DNA of 13,906 nucleotides from Candidatus Latescibacterota bacterium (GTDB lineage: Bacteria > Latescibacterota > UBA2968 > UBA8231), in NCBI GenBank assembly GCA_965223905.1, contig CBDCXV010000003.1, positions 1 through 13,906 of the forward strand, in the 5' to 3' direction. The position numbers and the translations under genes were made by a program. This document shows positions 7,313 through 13,906 of this stretch, piece by piece. The notes beneath the pieces were generated by a model. That model was not told the origin of the DNA and did not search any database. It was given only the letters and a program-made list of their open reading frames with translations. The first letter of the stretch is position 1; each line of letters starts with the position of its first letter.

Positions 7313-10300
7313 AGGCGGGTGGTCTCGATCCATTCCTTGTGCATGCGCGCGAAGCGATAGGCCTCGACCTGCTCGGCCGCCTCGCCGTCGAAGCGGCTCA
7401 GAACCCTCTCGTACGCTTCAACCGCCTTGTCCCACTCTTCCAGGGACTCGTAGCAGACACCCATATTGCTCAGCGCCCCGATTTCGCTCTCGGTACCTGG
7501 ATATGTCTCGACGATGCCTGCGAACCCTTTAATGGCCTCGCGGAACTGGTCCGGGTCCTGTTCCTCGAGCGCTTTCACGAAAACCGCCTCCACCTCGGCG
7601 TAAGTGCGATAGGCCACGACCTCGCGAAGATCTTCCAGCAACGGCGGCACCTTCCGCGCCGCGTCGCTGTCGGGGAAACGGGCCAGCACCGCGTTGTAGG
7701 CGTCGAGCGCTTCGACGTAGCGCTTCTGGTTGTAGAGGAAGTCGCCGATCGTGAACTGGGCGTCGGCGGCCAGAGGACTCTCCGGATACCCGGAAGAGAG
7801 TCGCTCGAAATCCCTCAATGCCTCTCCGTCCCGCTCGAGGTTCAGAAGTGACCAGGCCTTGTTGTAGAGCGCGCCGTCCGCCAGGTCGGCCGCAGGGTAT
7901 CGGTCCAGGAGACCCTGATAGGAGTCCAGGGCTTTGTCGAAACGATCGAGGTTGTACTCCGCTTCCGCGGCGCGAAAGAGCGCATCCGGCGCCAGTTCGC
8001 TGGCGGGGTAGGTCGAGGCCAACTCGCTGAAGACGACCGCCGCCCGCTCGAAGCGGGTCAGGTTGAACAAGGCGTAGCCGAGATAGTAGAGGCCGTAAGC
8101 GCGGTTGGGGTGTCCCTGGTGAGCGTGCAGGTAGGACTCCAGCGCCTCGCCGGCAACTTCGAGATCGCCCTTGTCGAACAGCGCCTGACCCAGCGCAAAC
8201 CGCATGTCGCCGGCGTAGTAGGAGTCGGGGTATTCGTCCAGGGCCCGGCGATAAACGGCGATCAGGCTGTCGGCCATGTCCTGCTGGCCGTACCCGTCGC
8301 CCAGCAGGAAGTAAGCCTTCTCCTTTTTCGCGTAGGGCTGGTCGCCGCGCCCGTCGGGAATATCAGAGGATATGAGCTCGCGGCACAGCGATTCGAGGCG
8401 CGTGAAATTTCCCAGCCTGAAATGCAGCTCGGCCAGCACGACCAGGTGTCGGGCGCGCTCCTGCCCGGATGCCGCGGCCGCCGCCAGTGTTTCGAAGTCC
8501 TCCAAGGCCTCCCGCTCGCGTCCCATCTCCAGATGGACAAGACCGAGCATGCGGCGCGCAGAAGCTGCCATCTCAGCGTTTTCCCCCTGCACCAGTTGCT
8601 GCAGATCGGACGCGGCCGCCGGCAGACGCCCGAGCTTCAGCAGGCTGACCCCACGGCCGTAAAGGGCGCCCTCGCGAACTGTGCGATCATCCGCGATGTC
8701 GATGGTCCGGGTAAGTGCCTCGACGGCATCTTCGAACTTTTCCATCTCGATCGCCGTCCGGCCCTTCATGTAGTGGAAGCGCGCCCGGTCCGCCGCTACG
8801 GTGACGGCTGCCAGGCCCCGGTCCAGCACCTCGAGGGCGGCCCCATGGTCGCCTTCGGATGCCAGCAGATTGGCGGCTTCCAGCATGGCCTTGGCAAACA
8901 GCTCCGACTGCGGCTCGATGCTTTCGAAGGCCGCGACCGCCGGCTCCGGCTCCCCCAGGTCCCGGTAGCACAGCGCCATCTCGAACCGGGCTCCGGGCAA
9001 CTGCGGGTCTCCGGGAAACTCCTCCAGAATCTGCTCATAGGCCGCGATGGCCAGCCGGTATTCGCCGCGCTGGAAGCGGATTCTTCCGATCTGGAAGAGG
9101 GCGCTGCGCACATATTCCCGCTCTATCCCATCCTCGACGATGGAATCGAAGAGCTCCATCGCCCGCGTCTCGAAGGGGGTGTCCCCTTCGCCGATCATCT
9201 GGTAGCAGAGGCCGATGTTGAACGGAACCGCCCCGGCGGCCAGCTCGCCGTCGGGATAGTCCCGCGCGATCGACTCGTAGACCTCGATCGCCTTCAGATA
9301 GGAGACCCTGGCGGTCCGGGGCCGTTGGGCCCGGCGTTCGATTTCGGCTGCTTCGAAGTGCGCCCTGCCGATCTTGTAGCTCGCCCAGGGTTCCGACAGC
9401 CCCGCGGCCATTGCCACGTCTCCGTAGGCGTCCAGGTAGAGGTGGTATTCGAAAATCGCCTGCTCGTAGTCCCCGTTGTCGTAGTAGTATTCGGCCAGCA
9501 GCGACTGCATGCCGCCCTGAAAGATTCGATCCCGGCTGTTGTCGATGGCCTCGCCGTAAGTGCGCACGGCGCTGTCCCGGTCCCCGGACCGGGTGTAGAT
9601 GCCGGCCAGCCGGATATACGCCTCCGAGACCAGCCGCTGCTCCTGGGAAAACGCGGTAATCACCTTGCGGTACGACGCTGCTGCTGCCTCTGAGTCGCCG
9701 CGGCGGGCATGGCTGTCGCCGATCTTGATCTGCGCCTTGGCCGCCAGCTCGATCGCCGTTTCGTCCACCAGTCCGGCCATCTTCTCGCGCCGCATCTTGA
9801 GCAGCTCACGGTCGCTCATCAGGTCGATGTTCTGCCGCTCGACGACTTTCCTGTACGCGGCAGCGGCCTCGGCGAAGCGTTCCTGTTCGAAGTTGGCCTC
9901 GCCGAGCTGGAACTGGGCTCTTTCCGACCGGTATCCGGTCGGAAACCGCTGCTGGAAGTTCTCGAACGCCTCTATACTCTCGGAATGGCGCCCGGCGTCG
10001 AAGTAAGCCCAGCCAATATTGTAGAGCACGTTCTCCAGGAAATCGCTACCGGGGTATTTCTCGAGAAAGACCCTGCCCTCTTCGACCGTCTCGTCGTAGT
10101 TCCCGCTCTCGTAAAGGCAGGTGATCAACCGGTTGCGGGCGAGGTCCGGCAGCCCCGGGGTCAGCGCCTCCGACTCGGTCCGGCGGAAGAAATCGGCGGC
10201 GCGAGCGAAATCTTCCGCGGCCTGTACCCGGAGGCGCTCGGCGCGCCGCGGGTCCCGGGAGTGAAGCGCCAGGTTCTTCCTCTCCTGGGCCCTTTTCAGG

Positions 10301-10563
10301 TAGCTGTTGCCGGTCTGATACAGGGCGATCTCCTGAATCGGACCCTGGATCTGTCCGACCTCCGTCGTGATTTCCAAACTGAACAGAAGAGAGCTCCGGA
10401 TGCGGTTGATGCGTTCGTAGGTCTCTATCGCCTGCTCGTAGTCTTCGGCGGCGTAAAACTTCTGGGCCTGCTTGAAGGAAGCCCGCACTTCGTCAGGGGT
10501 GGGCACGAAGTGCGAACCGATCACGAGCCCGGTCAGGGCGGTGACGATGAGCCAGGGAGCCAT
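7309..10563 (-). CDS. Large tetratricopeptide-repeat protein (1084 aa), BamD/CpoB(YbgF)-style TPRs, N-terminal hydrophobic anchor/signal
   Basis: Long ORF with repeated TPR hairpins of the type YP.S..A..A.F..G (KYPGSDFLENVLYNIG, RFPTGYRSERAQFQLG, TYPASELAPDALFRAA, GYPESPLAADAQFTIG). N-terminus MAPWLIVTALTGLVIGSHF is hydrophobic. Confidence 0.92.
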   Translation of the reverse strand: MAPWLIVTALTGLVIGSHFVPTPDEVRASFKQAQKFYAAEDYEQAIETYERINRIRSSLLFSLEITTEVGQIQGPIQEIALYQTGNSYLKRAQERKNLALHSRDPRRAERLRVQAAEDFARAADFFRRTESEALTPGLPDLARNRLITCLYESGNYDETVEEGRVFLEKYPGSDFLENVLYNIGWAYFDAGRHSESIEAFENFQQRFPTGYRSERAQFQLGEANFEQERFAEAAAAYRKVVERQNIDLMSDRELLKMRREKMAGLVDETAIELAAKAQIKIGDSHARRGDSEAAAASYRKVITAFSQEQRLVSEAYIRLAGIYTRSGDRDSAVRTYGEAIDNSRDRIFQGGMQSLLAEYYYDNGDYEQAIFEYHLYLDAYGDVAMAAGLSEPWASYKIGRAHFEAAEIERRAQRPRTARVSYLKAIEVYESIARDYPDGELAAGAVPFNIGLCYQMIGEGDTPFETRAMELFDSIVEDGIEREYVRSALFQIGRIRFQRGEYRLAIAAYEQILEEFPGDPQLPGARFEMALCYRDLGEPEPAVAAFESIEPQSELFAKAMLEAANLLASEGDHGAALEVLDRGLAAVTVAADRARFHYMKGRTAIEMEKFEDAVEALTRTIDIADDRTVREGALYGRGVSLLKLGRLPAAASDLQQLVQGENAEMAASARRMLGLVHLEMGREREALEDFETLAAAAASGQERARHLVVLAELHFRLGNFTRLESLCRELISSDIPDGRGDQPYAKKEKAYFLLGDGYGQQDMADSLIAVYRRALDEYPDSYYAGDMRFALGQALFDKGDLEVAGEALESYLHAHQGHPNRAYGLYYLGYALFNLTRFERAAVVFSELASTYPASELAPDALFRAAEAEYNLDRFDKALDSYQGLLDRYPAADLADGALYNKAWSLLNLERDGEALRDFERLSSGYPESPLAADAQFTIGDFLYNQKRYVEALDAYNAVLARFPDSDAARKVPPLLEDLREVVAYRTYAEVEAVFVKALEEQDPDQFREAIKGFAGIVETYPGTESEIGALSNMGVCYESLEEWDKAVEAYERVLSRFDGEAAEQVEAYRFARMHKEWIETTRL

Positions 10564-10597
10564 GGAATGAGTGCCCCGCGCAATTTTCTGCGGTCAG

Positions 10598-10618
10598 CGA
10601 CGCGTTACGACGCGTTAC
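10598..10618. repeat. Perfect 10-bp tandem direct repeat (CGACGCGTTA x2 + C)
   Basis: cgacgcgtta at 10598-10607 and 10608-10617, followed by c. Each unit contains the palindrome ACGCGT. Confidence 0.85.
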
Positions 10619-10645
10619 AATGGTCGCTGGGAGGTCACGAGTCAA
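10617..10645 (-). promoter_or_regulatory. Putative sigma70-type promoter for the minus-strand operon
   Basis: The minus strand reads TTGACT (10645-10640), a 17-nt spacer, then CATTGT (10622-10617), about 54 nt upstream of the TPR start. The -35 matches 5/6 and the -10 only 3/6. Confidence 0.45.
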
Positions 10646-10726
10646 GCCGGCCGGGAGGTGAAAGCGGCCTTGAAAGGGCTAGAATCCTGAAATCGGCCGC
10701 GGTCTATCCGCGACCACGTTTTCATT

Positions 10727-10739
10727 CTATACCGTATAG
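10727..10739. promoter_or_regulatory. Palindrome CTATAC-C-GTATAG in AT-rich intergenic patch, possible regulator site
   Basis: Perfect 6-1-6 inverted repeat midway between the two putative divergent promoters. Confidence 0.3.
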
Positions 10740-10761
10740 CATCAATACATACAATAAATGT

Positions 10762-10790
10762 CATTGGTCGCCGATCCATTGGTTGCCGAT
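10762..10790. repeat. 14-bp direct repeat with 15-bp period (CATTGGTYGCCGAT x2)
   Basis: cattggtcgccgat (10762-10775) and cattggttgccgat (10777-10790) match at 13/14 positions. Confidence 0.8.
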
Positions 10791-10809
10791 GGAACGGGTT
10801 CTATATTTG
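10779..10809 (+). promoter_or_regulatory. Putative housekeeping promoter for exbB-exbD-exbD
   Basis: TTGGTT (10779-10784), a 17-nt spacer, then TATATT (10802-10807). The same bases also read TTG-N20-TATATTTG, which fits the Bacteroidota TAnnTTTG element. Confidence 0.5.
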
Positions 10810-10872
10810 CGGCCCTGCAGGACTCCCGGGCTTCGAACGAAGTTGAACAACCGCGTTGACTGGAGATTGACA

Positions 10873-11616
10873 ATGGAAACGCTGATGTCAGGCGGCATCC
10901 TGATGATCCCATTGGGGCTGTGCGCCCTGTTGGCCCTGGGCTTCGCCCTCGAACGGCTCTGGGTCCTCTCCCATATTCCCGACGCGGAAAATGCCCAGAA
11001 CATCCTCGAAGAGGCGGAACGATGCCTCGTCGACCGGGGAGAGGCAGCCGCGGCCGAATACTGCCGCGACCACGATGGCCCGCTGACCTACATCTTCGCT
11101 TCCCTGCTCAAGCGCTTCGCCACCCTCATGCTGGAGCGGCGCGAACTTCAGGCCACCGAGGAGCAGATGGCGCGTTTATCGGAGCAGGCCGGCGCCGGTG
11201 CGCTGTCTCACTTCATGCTCCGGCTGAAGGCTTTGGGAGACCTGAGGGACGAGCTCGTGCTCGAGACCGACGAGGCCGGCAAAGCCTACCTTGGCCGGCA
11301 CCTGGTCGTGCTCAACACAATCGGAAACATCGCGCCGCTGCTGGGACTGTTCGGCACGATTCTCGGCATGATCACCGCCTTCGAGGCGATTGCCGCGGCC
11401 GGCACCGGCGATCCCAAGGTGGTAGCCGGGGGAATCTCGCAGGCGCTCGTCACCACCGCTGCGGGGCTCGCCATCGCCATCCCCTCCATCGTCGTCTACC
11501 GCTACCTGGCCCGGCGGGCCGAGCATTTTCGCGGCCACCTGGAAGTGTACGGGCTGGCCTTCGTCAACAGCCTCCTCGTCGCCGGGCAGAAACAGCTCGA
11601 CGAGGCGGGCGCCTGA
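10873..11616 (+). CDS. exbB: MotA/TolQ/ExbB family proton-channel protein (247 aa)
   Basis: ATG 10873 has RBS GGAGA at 10862-10866. TM1 is GGILMIPLGLCALLALGFALERLW. Family signature: TIGNIAPLLGLFGTILGMITAF..VAGGISQALVTTAAGLAIAIPSIVVY. ExbB and TolQ cannot be separated by eye. Confidence 0.93.
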   Translation: METLMSGGILMIPLGLCALLALGFALERLWVLSHIPDAENAQNILEEAERCLVDRGEAAAAEYCRDHDGPLTYIFASLLKRFATLMLERRELQATEEQMARLSEQAGAGALSHFMLRLKALGDLRDELVLETDEAGKAYLGRHLVVLNTIGNIAPLLGLFGTILGMITAFEAIAAAGTGDPKVVAGGISQALVTTAAGLAIAIPSIVVYRYLARRAEHFRGHLEVYGLAFVNSLLVAGQKQLDEAGA

Positions 11617-12035
11617 TGGCGCTGGTCCGCCACCGGGTCCGCCAGGCCCTTGCGGAGGAGGGCGAGACCGACCTGACGTCGTTGATCGACTGCGTGTTTC
11701 TGCTGCTCATCTTCTTCATGGTCACCACCGTCTTCATCCACACGAAAGGGCTCGACGTCGACCTGCCGGCCAAGAGCGAGACGACGGAGCAGAAGAAGAA
11801 GGATATCAACGTCCACGTAGGTGCACAGGGGCGCATCCGGATCGGCGGCGTCGACGCGGCGCCGAGCGCACTGGTAGCGCGGCTCAAGCAGGCCATGCAA
11901 GAAGCGAACAACGACAACATCATCATCCAGGGCCATCCCGACTGCGCGCAGGAACGGATCGTGCTCGTCGTGGATGCAGCCAAGGCGGCGGACGTAGCCG
12001 GCATCGCCTTTGCCAAGGAAGAGGGTGGGCGCTAG
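11616..12035 (+). CDS. exbD: ExbD/TolR family biopolymer transporter subunit 1 (139 aa)
   Basis: ATG overlaps the exbB stop (TGATG). DLTSLIDCVFLLLIFFMVTT carries the conserved TM Asp, followed by GLDVDLP and the IIIQGH..IVLVVDAAKAA periplasmic fold pattern. Confidence 0.92.
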   Translation: MALVRHRVRQALAEEGETDLTSLIDCVFLLLIFFMVTTVFIHTKGLDVDLPAKSETTEQKKKDINVHVGAQGRIRIGGVDAAPSALVARLKQAMQEANNDNIIIQGHPDCAQERIVLVVDAAKAADVAGIAFAKEEGGR

Positions 12036-12475
12036 TGCCTGCGCGCGCGACGATCGAGGAGGAACTCGATGGCGATCGGCTCAACATGACGCCGATGATC
12101 GACTGCGTGTTTCTGCTGTTGATTTTCTTCATGGTCACCACTGTCTTCAGGCAGCCTCACACCCTGAAGGTCGAGCTGCCCCAAGCTCGTGAGGCGACGA
12201 TAGTGGAAGAGAAGAAACTGGTGGCCTCCATAGACAGTGGCGGGGCGCTCGAGCTCAACCGCCAGCACCTTACCACGGCGGATCTCCCAGGTGTACTGGC
12301 TCGGGAGAAGGAGAGGACGCGCAGCCTGACGCTGATCATTCGCACCGACAAGAAGACCCGGCACGGAATGGTCCTTGAAGTGATGGAAATAGCCAAGGCA
12401 CTTAAAATCGACAAGGTGGTCCTGGCGACGGACGAGCTCGAGGACGCAGCCGCAGGACTGTATCCCACACCCTGA
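12035..12475 (+). CDS. exbD: ExbD/TolR family biopolymer transporter subunit 2 (146 aa)
   Basis: GTG overlaps the upstream TAG (TAGTG) with GAGGG upstream. Motifs LNMTPMIDCVFLLLIFFMVTT, LKVELPQA and LIIRTDKKTRHGMVLEVMEIAK. Confidence 0.93.
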   Translation: MPARATIEEELDGDRLNMTPMIDCVFLLLIFFMVTTVFRQPHTLKVELPQAREATIVEEKKLVASIDSGGALELNRQHLTTADLPGVLAREKERTRSLTLIIRTDKKTRHGMVLEVMEIAKALKIDKVVLATDELEDAAAGLYPTP

Positions 12476-12576
12476 ACCCGACTCCAGGCCCATCGACCTG
12501 ACCGCCTCGTCGAGGATCGCCGCGGGAAAACATCAAGGGCACCGGGAAACCTGAAGGACAAGAGACGGGACGACCT

Positions 12577-13906
12577 ATGACGGAGACTGCGGGTTTCACC
12601 GTGCCGGCAGGGCAGCGCCAGCTGTTCATCGACGGTCACGGCATCGCCGCCATCGAAAACCTCAAGCGCAGTTTGCACCAGCCCTCCAAGAAGGGAGCGG
12701 TTATCCGCCCGACTCGGGACGAAAAGGGCGTGCAATCCCGCAGCACCCCTCACTGGAACGAGCAGCTCGGACTGTTCCGGTTGCTCGCCGACGGCAAGTG
12801 GTATCAAAGCCCCGACGGACTGCACTGGACCCGGGATAAAACCCCGCCGCTCGTAAACGAGGAGGCGCCCTGGGCACACGTTCTCTACGAGCCGGACGAC
12901 CCCGATCCACAACGCCGCTACAAGGGCCTCACTTCGCACGTCGTCAATCTCGATACCGGCAAAAGAGTGGTGCATTCCTCCGAGCGCGTCGACGAGTTCG
13001 GCAAGCCCCTGAAGGGCAAGAGATTCGCACGCACGATGGACTTCATGACCTCTGCCGACGGCGCCGACTGGAATCTGCTCGACGCCGGAATACCGACCTT
13101 CGACGAATGGAACCTGAGCTGCGACTCACTGGGTGGGCAGTACATAATCGCCTGCAAGACGTCGGGTACCTACGGCCGCTCGCATGCTATCAGCACGAGC
13201 CCCGATTTCGCCGACTGGACCGACCCCGTGCTTTCCATTCAAGCCGATGATCTCGACCAGGAGCTCGGCCGCCTCCACATCGAGGAGTACCTGAAATCCT
13301 CGAATGCGGACTACCTGAAACCGTTTCCCAATACATGTGAATGGGCCTGGCAGAACGTTGACATCTACAACGCCGGAGTCTTCCGCTACGAGGGCATCTT
13401 CCTCGCGTTGCCGGCGATTTACCACGCGCGCGGCGAGCGCTGGACCAGCCATACCCTGCGTTTCACGCTCATTCAGCTCTGGTCGAGCCGCGACCTCTAC
13501 ACCTGGGAGCGGGTGGCGAATCGACAGACATTCATTCCCTGGTCAGCGGGCGGGGCCGGCGCCTACGACCTCAACAAGAACCTGCCCCCTTCCTATCCGC
13601 TCGTGCGCGGCGACGAGCTCTGGTTTTACTACAGCGGGCGCAAGGAACAGTCCGTCTACCCGGATCCGGACCCGGACATCTCGGCCATCTGCCTCTGCAT
13701 CCTGCGGCGGGACGGATTCGTCTCGCTCGATGCCGACTCGGAAGAGGGCCGTCTCGTCACCGAGGCGTTCCCGGTCCCCGGCGACAGACTCTTCCTCAAC
13801 GCCAACGCGGAGAAGGGGCAGCTCATTGTTGAAATGCTCGATGAGAGCGGGGAAAGGGTGGCGTTGTCGACCCCGATTGAAAGCGACGAGCGACGGGTCG
13901 AGATCC
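12577..13906 (+). CDS. Asp-box beta-propeller protein, glycoside-hydrolase-like (GH32/GH43/sialidase-like fold), no signal peptide; 3' end outside window (>=443 aa)
   Basis: Hand translation from ATG 12577 is stop-free to the edge: MTETAGFTVPAGQRQLFIDGHGIAAIENLKRSLHQP... It has four Asp-box-like motifs (SPDGLHW, SADGADW, SPDFADW, SRDLYTW), plus DELWFYYSG and LRRDGFVSLDA leading into a C-terminal beta domain. It is absent from the ORF track. Substrate unknown. Confidence 0.8.
   Translation, partial: MTETAGFTVPAGQRQLFIDGHGIAAIENLKRSLHQPSKKGAVIRPTRDEKGVQSRSTPHWNEQLGLFRLLADGKWYQSPDGLHWTRDKTPPLVNEEAPWAHVLYEPDDPDPQRRYKGLTSHVVNLDTGKRVVHSSERVDEFGKPLKGKRFARTMDFMTSADGADWNLLDAGIPTFDEWNLSCDSLGGQYIIACKTSGTYGRSHAISTSPDFADWTDPVLSIQADDLDQELGRLHIEEYLKSSNADYLKPFPNTCEWAWQNVDIYNAGVFRYEGIFLALPAIYHARGERWTSHTLRFTLIQLWSSRDLYTWERVANRQTFIPWSAGGAGAYDLNKNLPPSYPLVRGDELWFYYSGRKEQSVYPDPDPDISAICLCILRRDGFVSLDADSEEGRLVTEAFPVPGDRLFLNANAEKGQLIVEMLDESGERVALSTPIESDERRVEI

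Noticed and set aside
8110-9693. 527-aa plus-strand ORF and other ORFs opposite the TPR gene
   Set aside because: Antisense shadows of the TPR CDS with no coding signature of their own.
9709-10872. Apparent 388-aa N-terminal extension of ExbB (635-aa ORF)
   Set aside because: It overlaps the TPR gene antisense and crosses the promoter region. A clear RBS and family-typical start lie at 10873.
10920-11615. Apparent N-terminal extension of ExbD1 (371-aa ORF)
   Set aside because: Off-frame overlap with exbB. The real start is the coupled ATG at 11616.
12476-12576. Possible terminator or small RNA after exbD2 (CCTCG-T-CGAGG at 12505-12515)
   Set aside because: The inverted repeat is too short to form a stable hairpin and has no U-tract. 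No riboswitch or ncRNA signature was recognised.
1-13906. CRISPR arrays, tRNA/rRNA, IS elements, integrases, canonical tonB/tolB/pal
   Set aside because: No regularly spaced repeats, RNA gene signatures, transposase motifs or such genes were seen by eye in this window.

Overview
High-GC bacterial DNA with two divergent, tightly coupled gene sets around a 309-bp control region (10564-10872). The minus-strand operon has five genes. These are a 1084-aa membrane-anchored TPR protein, a TM + Lys/Pro-rich + DUF4159-like protein, a lipoprotein ending in an AgmX/PglI-type TonB-C-like domain, an exported lectin-like/discoidin protein with a FlgD-Ig/T9SS-CTD-like tail, and a >907-aa probable outer-membrane beta-barrel with acidic Ca-binding-type loops. 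The barrel gene runs off the left edge and is missing from the ORF track. The plus strand has an exbB-exbD-exbD type proton-motor set, then an Asp-box beta-propeller (glycosidase-like) gene that runs off the right edge and is also missing from the ORF track. No canonical tonB and no recognisable classical TonB-dependent receptor are visible in the window. My inference is a PMF-driven trans-envelope machine that combines Ton/Tol, myxobacterial Agl-Glt and T9SS-like features, possibly for glycan capture, surface display or motility. The protein families suggest an FCB-related or similar uncultured lineage (e.g. Latescibacterota/Gemmatimonadota-like), but that is an impression only. All family calls are by eye; no searches were run.
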